64,000 nt of DNA, taken from positions 248,259 through 312,258 of the forward strand of contig NW_018404672.1 in the NCBI RefSeq assembly GCF_002113885.1. The letters run 5' to 3'. This document shows positions 13,635-25,600 of the stretch, one piece after another. This stretch comes from Mizuhopecten yessoensis. Taxonomy: Eukaryota. Made by a program: the position numbers and the translations under genes. Below the pieces are notes generated by a model. It was not told the DNA's origin and did no database searches. It was given only the letters and a program-made list of their open reading frames with translations. Numbering within the stretch: position 1 is the stretch's first letter; each line of letters opens with the position of its first letter.

Positions 13635-16600
13635 TCATAAGCTGGATTTCTTTGCCTGTGCCACCTTGGAATGGGTAGGGCGATCTATGGCCGTGGAAAT
13701 AAACTGTCCGGCCTCCAGGAGCTTTTGTATATTGATGCCCTGTGGAATAGAAACAGAAAACAAATAATGAATACAGATAATCTTATTGCATTTAACCGTT
13801 TGTTTATTCCAACTCCACGAGGAAATACTCCCTAGAGATGTAATTTCTATAAACGGTTATATTTGACCTTATTTATTTCCCCCCTCTGGATTTTTTACTA
13901 TACAATTCTTTTACCTTATGTGCGATATCGGAATAAAACTAGGGTAAAAATCGACTGCTTTACTCTTTCCTATCTCACTAATTAATTAAAACAGAAACTT
14001 TATCTATGGAGACAGCATAAGATCATATACATTTGAAGACGACTGATTCAGTGTATTAAGCTATTAATCCTATAATCTCTATAATTAGCCATGGCATATC
14101 TAACTTTTTAGTTAGGAAACCAAGACTTATTTTCAAAGCTGGCCTTTTTTCAAGGCGGTCTTATTTTTGAAAACATTTAGACAGTAAGCAGTGAACACCT
14201 TATTTTAAAGACAGGAAGTGAGCTCCCAAGATCGTCAGACCTAGGACGGAGCAGAGTTAGAGATGAATATTGATGAAAACACCAGGAGATATTTATATAC
14301 AAATTAAAAATGTAATAATTAGAACTACCTAGTGTTTGACCATACAAAAAATCACGGCATGATTTCTATCTACCTTGGATACAAGGCTTAATTTTTAAGG
14401 ACAGCCTACTTCCTTTCAAGATATATGTCCTTTTAAGGCCAACCTTTTTTTTGAACCAGTCTTATTATTGAAATATTAGGGTATCTCATTGGTTCAAGCA
14501 GGCTACCTGATGACCTGATTTTCCTGAATTCTGTCAGTACAGTAAAGCTGACCTAATATGAGGTCTGGCACATAGTTGCAAAACTTCTGCTCTTCTGAGG
14601 AAGTGCCATGCTTGCAATTATAAATGATGCAATAGGCTAGCAGAATTTCTTGGCAGACAAGCAGCAAAGAAATGGAAAGTGGCAAAATAAACTTGTTATG
14701 TAGCATTATGATATTGTCGTGCGAGGCACTGAAGGATAATTTTATTGGCACAACACTTGTTTAGTATAGCAGGCTAAGGGTTAACCTAGTTTTTAAGAAT
14801 TGCATTTAGGCAAGGTAACAATCCTCATTATTACAGATCTAGTGAGTAGAACAAAAAGAAGAAACAAGAGGCCCATGGGCCTTAACGGTCACCTGAGTCT
14901 ATAGTATTTATTTTTGTTGTTGAAATATGTACCAATTTGAGTAAAAAATAGTATAATGTTAACTTAACTTTGTCAGGACCATGAGCTGATCATTCCTAGA
15001 CCAATTTTAAGTGAGATCGGCCTATTAGAACTTAGTAGCAAAATAGCGGCCATGGCAGCCAAATTGTATTTCTGATTGACCCGAAAAATAACAACACTTT
15101 GTCAGGACCATGATTCGATCATTCCTACAAAGTTTCAGTTCAATCGGCCAAGTAGATCTTTACTTTAAGTTTGAAATAGTTTACCAAAATGGCAGCTGTG
15201 GTGGCCATATTGGATTTCTGATCGACCTGAAAAATAACAACACTTTGTCAGGACCATGAGTCAATCATTCCTACAAAGTTTCAGTTCAATCGGCCTAGCA
15301 GAACTTGACTTTAAGTTTGAAATATGTTTTCAAAATGGTGGCCGTGGCGGCCATATTGGATTTATGATTGACCTGAAAAATAACAACACTTTGTCAGGAC
15401 CATGAGTCGATCATTCCTACAAACTTTAAGTTCAATCGGTCCAGCAGAACTTGACTTTAAGTTTGAAATAGGTTTTCAAAATGGCGGCCGTGGTGGCCAT
15501 ATTGGATTTCTGATCGACCCAAAAAATAACAACACTTTGTCAGGACCATGAGGCGATCATTCCTACCAACTTTCAGTTCAATCGGTCCAGCAGAACTTGA
15601 CTTTAAGTTTGAAATAGGTTTTCAAAATGGTGGCCGTGGCGGCCATATTGGATTTCTGATCGACCCGAAAAATAACAACACTTTGTCAGGACCATGAGGC
15701 GATCATTCCTACCAACTTTCAGTTCAATCGGCCCAGCAGAACTTGACTTTAAGTTTGAAATGTAAAATGTTAACGGACGACGGACGACGGACGACGGACG
15801 ACGACGGACGAAAACGGATAGCAATAGGTCACTTGAGCTAAAGCTCAGGTGACCTAAAAACTTACCGTTTTGATATTGAGACCATTTAACATGTAGACGA
15901 CGTCCTCAGTAGCGACGTTACCACTCGCCCCCTTGGCGTATGGACAGCCACCTAGTCCTGCTACAGAGCTGTCCACCACTGCTACCCCCATCTGTGAGCA
16001 TAGACATTAAATAATTCTGTAATACACGCTCAAGAGGAACCTGATAGGACCCTAAAATAGATGATGTTATCATGCTGATCTGAATTGCTAAACCTCAAAA
16101 ATGTTTATCTTGTGTTGAGGTTTTCTGTCTATATCATACAGAAGAAATTGGTGATTTTCTTCCATACCGTTACTTTTCTGATGTAAAAATAAATTAATCA
16201 TNNNNNNNNNNNNNNNNNNNNNNNNNNNNNNNNNNNNNNNNNNNNNNNNNNNNNNNNNNNNNNNNNNNNNNNNNNNNNNNNNNNNNNNNNNNNNNNNNNN
16301 NNNNNNNNNNNNNNNNNNNNNNNNNNNNNNNNNNNNNNNNNNNNNNNNNNNNNNNNNNNNNNNNNNNNNNNNNNNNNNNNNNNNNNNNNNNNNNNNNNNN
16401 NNNNNNNNNNNNNNNNNNNNNNNNNNNNNNNNNNNNNNNNNNNNNNNNNNNNNNNNNNNNNNNNNNNNNNNNNNNNNNNNNNNNNNNNNNNNTCACTTTC
16501 ATCATCATCGTCCATCATCATCTGTCATCGCCATGGTCATCACTTTCATCATCATCATCGTCCATCATCTTCTGTCATCGCCATTGTCATCACTTTCATC

Positions 16601-19600
16601 ATCATCATCGTCCATCATCATCTGTCATCGCCATTGTCATCATCATTCATTTTTGTTGTCATTGTCATCACCACCTTATGCCAAAACTGATCCTATTGTG
16701 ATACGGTCATGCTGCATAACGTGACGACGTATGATGTCATGATCCTATATTTAAGTGCTGATATTTTCAGAATAAGGTGCGTTGTGAGCTGTTTTTATTA
16801 TATTTAGTAGATACAGACATGTGTATCTTCACTCCTCTGTAAAGTGTGGTAGAATCAGCCACCCATGTTACCTAACTATCCACATCCCCCAGTCTACACG
16901 TTTCAAATCAGGAAAATTTGTTTTCAACTTATGAACAGCCTATGCAATGAACTAGCTTGACCACGCATGTCATGGTAGGGGCGTCATCATATCAATGACC
17001 GTGTAGAGTGCCCAGTAGACCTACCTGTAAAGCAGCAAATATATTGGCCAGAGCTTGACCATATGTATCGTGGCAGTGGACGGCAAGATTATTGACCGGA
17101 ACACTTTTCATCACCTCAGCAAGCATCTTCTTCATTCCCCCAGGCGTGCCAATCCCAATCGTGTCACCGAGGGAAATTTCGTAACAACCCATGTCATACA
17201 TACTCTTTGATACCTAGAACAACGCATCAAAAAACTTCAATCAATCAAAAATACTTTAACCAATCAAAAATACTTCAACCCATCAAAAAAACTTCAATCA
17301 ATGAAAAATACTTCAATAACAAATGTTATTCATATTCTTGGATAATTCACACTGAATCATAATTGTGTGCAACAACACATCCTTGAAATTCAAGGGTTCA
17401 ATTCTCAACATATATATAAATCTTCTCAACACATTTGGAAAATCAAACAATTTACAAAATTGAAGACTCTGTAGGTGTCACCTTGCAAATAATGCAATTA
17501 GATTAGTTTGATACTTTGATGTATGTCAAAAGTATTACTGTATACCGCTGCAGTTAAAATATCAACTTTTTTGCCCAACATACATAATAAGGGTGAATTT
17601 ATCATAACAGCGAATATTAGTAAAGAACATAAAATGCCTAGTAGCTAAATGTAAAGGCAAAATGAACACTGGGCGAATGTGGGTTGTTTTGGCAAAAGTT
17701 TTACTGGGCGAAAATTTCCTGGTATACAGTATGTAACAGTGTAACCGTAAAATTGACAGGACCTGAAGGTGGTGGGTGTCATTCCTTTGTGATCTAAGTA
17801 TCAGCCCAGTGACTGGTCAGGTTTTAATACCTTAAACCAATTTCAAATAGCTTACCGTAGCCTTCAGTTTTGCCGCAACATATTCCAAAGGCACAGAAGC
17901 TATGTGTATCGAAAGCTTTGGATTTCAACCACTGTCATACAGCCAATCAGACATGCCGTAACAACTTATGTCATGCATATAATCTTGGAAACCTAAATCA
18001 GCCAATCAGACATGCAGTAACAACCCATGTCATGTATATAATCTTGGAAACCTAAATCAGCCAATCAGACATGTCGTAACAACCCATGTCATACATATAA
18101 TCTTGGATACCTAAACTAGCCAATCAGACAGGTCGTAACAACCCATGTCATACATATAATTTTGGATAACTAAATCAGCCAATCAGACATGTCGTAACAA
18201 CCCATGTTATACATATAATCTTGGATACCTAAATCAGCCAATCAGACATGTCGAAACAACCCATGTCAAATATATAATTTTGGATAACTAAATCAGCCGA
18301 TCAGACATGTCATAACAACCCATGTCATACATATAATTTTGGAAACCTAAATCAGCCAATCAGACGTGTCATAACAACCCATGTCATATATATAATTTTG
18401 GATAACTAAATCAGCCGATCAGACATGTCATAACAACCCATGTCATACATATAATCTTGGATACCTAAATCAGCCAATCAGACGTGTCATAACAACCCAT
18501 GTCATACATATAATTTTGGATACCTAAATCAGCCATTCAGACGTGTCGTAACAACCCATGTCATACATATAATTTTGGATACCTAAATCAGCCGATCAGA
18601 CATGTCGTAACAACCCATGTCAAACATATAATTTTGGATAACTAAATCAGCCAATCAGACATGTCATAACAACCCATGTCATACATATAATCTTGGATAC
18701 CTAAATCAGCCAATCAGACGTGTCATAACAACCCATGTCATACATATAATTTTGGATACCTAAATCAGCCATTCAGACGTGTCGTAACAACCCATGTCAT
18801 ACATATAATTTTGGATACCTAAATCAGCCGATCAGACATGTCGTAACAACCCATGTCAAACATATAATTTTGGATAACTAAATCAGCCAATCAGACATGT
18901 CATAACAACCCATGTCATACATATAATCTTGGATACCTAAATCAGCCAATCAGACGTGTCATAACAACCCATGTCATACATATAATTTTGGATACCTAAA
19001 TCAGCCATTCAGACGTGTCGTAACAACCCATGTCATACATATAATTTTGGATACCTAAATCAGCCGATCAGACATGTCGTAACAACCCATGTCAAACATA
19101 TAATTTTGGATAACTAAATCAGCCAATCAGACATGTCATAACAACCCATGTCATACATATAATCTTGGATACCTAAATCAGCCAATCAGACGTGTCATAA
19201 CAACCCATGTCATATATATAATCTTGTATTAATAAATCAGCCATTCAGACGTGTCGTAACAACCCATGTCATACATATAATTTTGGATACCTAAATCAGC
19301 CAATCACATGAATTATTCAGTTGTTTGCATGAAACATCCAAAAACTGAACCATTTTTCAACAATTAAAAGAGGTTTAACCCTACAAAACATACAAGTGAT
19401 TTACTTGCCATATTTTTGTGTCGTCATTTCCATATTGTGTATTGGTTATTTCAATGTTGTAGTGTAAATTATGGTAAACAATGGGTAAACACTAGCACAA
19501 GTATGTAGCATTGATTTGTCAACACCCGGATATCTAGATGCATATATATGTTACTGGGGAAATATTTATGAAATAAACCTAAGAGAGAGAGATGCTTCCC

Positions 19601-22600
19601 ATTAATTTACCTGTGTAAGTGTAGTTTACCTGTGTACGTTTAGTTTACCTGTGTAAGTTTAGTTAACCTGTGTTAGTTTAGTTTACCTGTGTAAGTTTAG
19701 TTTACCTGTGTTAGTTTAGTTTACCTGTGTTAGTTTAGTTTACCTGTGTAAGTTTAATTTATCTGGGCTAGCTTGGGTAGTTTATATGTAGTAGTTTGAT
19801 TATAAACCGTGTTGCATTATATCACCCATACATGTACTCCTTTCCTTTTGCTAGTTAAGTTAACCTGTACTAATTTATTTTAACTGTACAACTTTGTACC
19901 TGTACTACATTACTTTACCTCCCCTACTTTGTTTTACCTGAACTACATTACTCTTTACCTCAGCTACTTTTTCAGGGGACACTTCGCCTTCATATGGACA
20001 TCCCATCACACAGGAAACATACCTGCAATCAACATACAAGTTATCAGGTATTGTTTGACCCAACAGGCCTGCCTGGTCAGATGATCCAGCACATCAAAAA
20101 TACACTTTATTCACAGTTCTGGTTGTGACCCATTTTTAGGTTACATTTTTTGTGTAAAAAGGAGTTATTGTAACCGTGGTAAAAACTGTATAAACATAGA
20201 AACATCTTACAAAAACAAGAAGCTGATTTCAGCCTTAAGGACAGGCCCTGATTTCAGCCTCAAGGACAGACCCTGATTTCAGCCTTAAGGACAGACCCTG
20301 ATTTCAGCATTAAGGACAGACCCTGATTTCAGCCTCAAGGACAGACCCTGATTTCAGCCTTAAGGACAGACTCTGATTTCAGCCTTAATGACAAACCCTG
20401 ATTTCAGCCTCAAGGACAGACCCTGATTTCAGCCTCAAGGACAGACCCTGAATTCAGCCTTAAGGACAGACCCTGATTTCAGCATTAAGGACAGACTCTG
20501 ATTTCAGCCTCAAGGACAGTCCCTGATTTCAGCCTCAAGGACAGACCCTGATTTCAGCCTCAAGGACAGACTCTGACTTCAGCCTCAAGGACAGACTCTG
20601 ATTTCAGCTTCAAGGACAGACTCTGATTTCAGCCTCAAGGACAGACCCTGATTTCTTTCTGATCCATTTGACTCGGGATGTTAACTATTAGTTGGCTAAC
20701 GTATAGATGTTTCTTCTGGTGAAAATTTGTTCAGTCGTTCATCTGAAGAAGTTGTTTAAAGAATTTAATTGGTGACAGACATACAACAGACATTAATCTT
20801 CAGACCAGGGGAACTTAAAAACAACGCACAGCCTGCTGTAGAGTGAATATGTTTTGAATATAACAGCTGCTAAGCACAAACTGTATTTGTTGTTGTTGTT
20901 TATTTGTTAATTACCAATGAAAGTTGACTGAATAACTAGTTACTCAGTAGGAAGTTCATAATGATCATTGCCTGATTTAGATAATGATCATTGCCTGATT
21001 TAGATAAAGATCATTGCTTGATCAAGATAAAGATCATTGCCCTATTCAGATAATGATCGGTGCCTGATTCAGTTGCCTGATTTAGATAATGACCATTGCC
21101 TGATTTAGATAATGATCATTCCCTGATTTAGATAATGATCATTGCCTGATTTAGATAATGACCATTGCCTGATTATGATAATGATCATTGCTTGATTTAG
21201 ATAATGATCATTGCTTGATTTAGATAAAGATCATTGCCCGATTAAGATAATGATCATTGCCTGATTCAGTTGCCTGATTTAGATAATGATCATTTCCTGA
21301 TTTAGATAATGATCGTTGCCTGATTTAGATACTGATCGTTGCCTGATTTAGATAATGATCGTTGCCTGATTTAGGTAATGATCGTTGCCTGATTTAGATA
21401 ATGACCATTGCCTGATTATGATAATAATCATTGCTTGATTTAGATAATGATCATTGCTTGATTTAGATAAAGATCATTGCCCGATTAAGATAATGATCAT
21501 TGCCTGGTTCAGTTGCCTGATTTAGATAATGATCATTTCCTGATTTAGATAATGATCGTTGCCTGATTTTGATAATGATCATTGCCTGATTTAGATAATG
21601 ATCTTTGCCTGATTTAGATAATGATCATTCCCTGATTTAGATAATGATCATTGCCTGATTTAGGTAATGACCATTGCCTGATTATGATAATGATCATTGC
21701 TTGATTTAGATATTGATCATTGCTTGATTTAGATAAAGATCATTGCCCGATTAAGATAATGATCATTGCCTGGTTCAGTTGCCTGATTTAGATAATGATC
21801 ATTGCCTTATTTAGATAATGATCATTGCCTGATTTAGATAATGAGCATTGCCTGATTTAGATAATGATCGTTGCCTGATTTTGATAATGATCATTGCCTG
21901 ATTTAGATAATGATCATTCCGTGATTTAGATAATGATCATTGCCTGATTTAGGTAATGATCATTCCCTGATTTAGATAATGATCATTGCCTTATTTAGAT
22001 AATGATCATTGCCTGATTTAGACAAAGATCATTGCTTGATCAAGATAAAGATCATTGCCCTATTCAGATAATGATCGGTGCCTGATTCAGTTGCCTGAAT
22101 TAGATAATGACCATTGCCTGATTTAGATAATGATCGTTGCCTGATTTTGATAATGATCATTGCCTGATTTAGATAATGACCATTGCCTGATTATGATAAT
22201 GATCATTGCTTGATTTAGATATTGATCATTGCTTGATTTAGATAAAGATCATTGCCCGATTAAGATAATGATCATTGCCTGGTTCAGTTGCCTGATTTAG
22301 ATAATGATCATTTCCTGATTTAGATAATGATCGTTGCCTGATTTAGATGATGATCATTGCCTGATTTAGATAATGATCGATGCCTGAATTAGATAATGAT
22401 CGTTGCCTGATTTAGATACTGATCGTTGCCTGATTTAGATAATGATCGATGCCTGAATTAGATAATGATCGTTGCCTGATTTAGATGATGATCATTGCCT
22501 GATTTAGATAATGATCTTTGCCTGATTTAGATAATGATCATTCCCTGATTTAGATAATGATCATTGCCTTATTTAGATAATGATCATTGCCTGATTTAGA

Positions 22601-25600
22601 CAAAGATCATTGCTTGATCAAGATAAAGATCATTGCCCTATTCAGATAATGATCGGTGCCTGATTCAGTTGCCTGAATTAGATAATGACCATTGCCTGAT
22701 TTAGATAATGATCGTTGCCTGATTTTGATAATGATCATTGCCTGATTTAGATAATGAGCGTTGCCTGATTTAGATAATGATCATTGCATGATTTAGATAA
22801 TGATCGTTGCCTGATTTAGGTAATGATCGTTGCCTGATTTAGATAATGACCATTGCCTGATTATGATAATAATCATTGCTTGATTTAGATAATGATCATT
22901 GCCTGATTTAGGTAATGATCATTCCCTGATTTAGATAATGATCATTGCCTTATTTAGATAATGATCGTTGCCTGATTTAGATACTGATCGTTGCCTGATT
23001 TAGATAATGATCGATGCCTGAATTAGATAATGATCGTTGCCTGATTTAGATAATGATCGTTGCCTGATTTAGATAATGATCATTGACTGATTAAGATAAT
23101 GATCGTTGTCTGATTTATGATAGTTGCTCTCAGGACTCCCATTTTTCTGCACAGTGATTACTATGCTGTATCATGGTCACTGCAAATTGCATGGTACTGG
23201 CTCTAGATCTCTGTAACCCATTTTCCTCGCAGCAGAAATATGCAATTGTAAGAGAAAACCCAGTAATGTACCAGTTATACTCACCCCCTTACAGGTATCC
23301 TACTTTCCTTAGCTGCCTTCATTACTTCTTCAAATCGCTTCAAGCTATCTGCTATACTGCAATTTATATTTTTCCTGTTGAAAAACAAACAAGAACTTCT
23401 ACAAAAGGACCTTTCATGAAGTTGCATACATTATCATCAACTGGGTTAGGACTTCTGATCTCATATTATATTATCAAATCAAAATTTATGTAAATCAAAA
23501 TATCTAAAAGGACACAAAAAACATCAAATAAATTGCTGAACACATCCTTTCTGCAAGTTCAGTTTTTAGAGCAAACATGAACTGAAGTGACTAATAAATC
23601 CTAAGGTTCAGGTGTCTGAAATTATTCCTTTATATATAATGCTCAGGATTCCCTTATTCAGAGGCTATCAAGAAAACTTGGCAGGAGGCACCACCCCTGA
23701 GGTCCGAGTGTCTGAAACAGATGATGGCACGGAAGCCTGATCACCTTCACTGGAGTTCTATTGTCTATCTCAGTGTAATAAACAACTTATTGTCATTTTT
23801 GAAAGGAAACATAAATCTTTGTTACCCTCGATCAGTCATGTTTCACGAGAGTTTGCCCTCGCAAAACCAGGGCTACATTCGCGTATCCCGGTTGAAACGG
23901 TACTTGTGGCGCAGAAGTAGTCTACGATAAACGATCGCACTTGGACCGTTCTGTGAGCAAAGCTAAAAATGCACAGTTTTGAAGAATAAAAAACAATGTA
24001 TCAAGAATATTATGCCCTTCTTTTACGCGTCCACTGAATTAAATTAACGTATCTTAAAAACTACATGTGACTTGACATTATTTTAGAAAGAAAAAACGCA
24101 AACTGGCAATAGTCAGCATTTTAGTTTCGGTCAGGTACGTCTGGACCCCTCAATCTACACGTGCCAAATTTTCCTGAGGTCAGCCTCGGTCCAGATCTGT
24201 ACCTGTCATTTTCTTTACAGGTTCAACCGGATACAGGAATGTACCCTTGATTGATCTGGAGGTAACAAAGAATCATGTTTCCCTTACCATAATGGCAATC
24301 AATGTATTATGTTCCTCATAGTAGTAGTAATCACATGGTAAACTGACCTTGTGCTAACTTCAGAGATTATCTGTGTTGAGAGATTATCTGTGTTGAGAGA
24401 TTATCTGTGTTGAGAGATTATCTGTGTTGAGAGATCCCTTTTAGGATTTCTTGAGGGTGGTCATCCCTTACTATACCCTGTAATATTGCCAACTACCATT
24501 CTGTATCATTTTGGCAGTAAAATGAGGGAGGCTATATACTGAGTCGACCATTATGAAAACTACACAGCTAACATGTTATATTAGATCATCCGAACATGAT
24601 GTGTAATTTTAGGTCATCCTGTAACATAGGCTTAATCTACCCTGTACATTTTATATTTTATATTAATAATTGAAAATAAATTATCATTTAGTCTACCACA
24701 GGAAGCACCTTGGTTTATGAACAAACAGATCAGCCTCTCCATTGGTGAAATTCTATATGATTTTTTACAATGTGTATTACACAGATTTTCTGTAACAGCT
24801 TCTCAGACAGAAATCAAAATCAAATAGTGATTATCCAGGACAGGTCTAATTTCTACTTCTTCTAATAACATCATCTGGTCTGAACGACAACAACAACAAG
24901 AGGGGAAAATCTCATTGACAAGATTTGTGTTAAAACGTCTGGAAAAAAGGTTAACTCTGTGGCTGATAATCAAAGAACACCACAAGTAATCCAGAAATGT
25001 TTGCTTTCTGATTTCAGTACTGTTTCTACATACCTGCTGGCTCTCTGATTTCAGTACTGATTCTACATACCGGCTGGCTCTCTGATTTCAGTACTGTTTA
25101 TACATACCTGCTGGCTCTCTGATTTCAGTACTGATTCTACATACCTGCTGGCTCTCTGATTTCAGTACTGTTTCTACATACCTGCTGGCTCTCTGATTTC
25201 AGTACTGTTTCTTCATAACTACTGGCTCTCTGATTTCAGTACTGTTTCTACATACCTGCTGGCTCTCTGATTTCAGTACTGATTCTACATACCTGCTGGC
25301 TCTCTGACTTCAGAACTGTTTCTACATACCTGCTGAAGCTTTCTGAAGCTGCTCCAAATATTGCTACTTCTGTCGCTTTTGCACTTACCTGAGAAAAAAA
25401 GGAAAATATTTCAAACTTGTGCAACATATATACCAGGTAGTTTCTGTTATAGGTGTAAAATACTTGACAACAAAACACAAACTTTATTCACAAAATCATC
25501 ATTACAGTAAAGTCTTAATCTAAATCATAAATGGAAACTTTCTTGATTTTAGAACAATTATGAAACAACAAGGTTTTTTTTCAACTTTTATTAATCACTC

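Noticed and set aside
16194-16521. ORFs full of X
   Set aside because: They span the assembly gap.
1-23120. CRISPR-like appearance of the regular arrays
   Set aside because: Units are contiguous with no unique spacers, there are no cas genes, and the context is eukaryotic.
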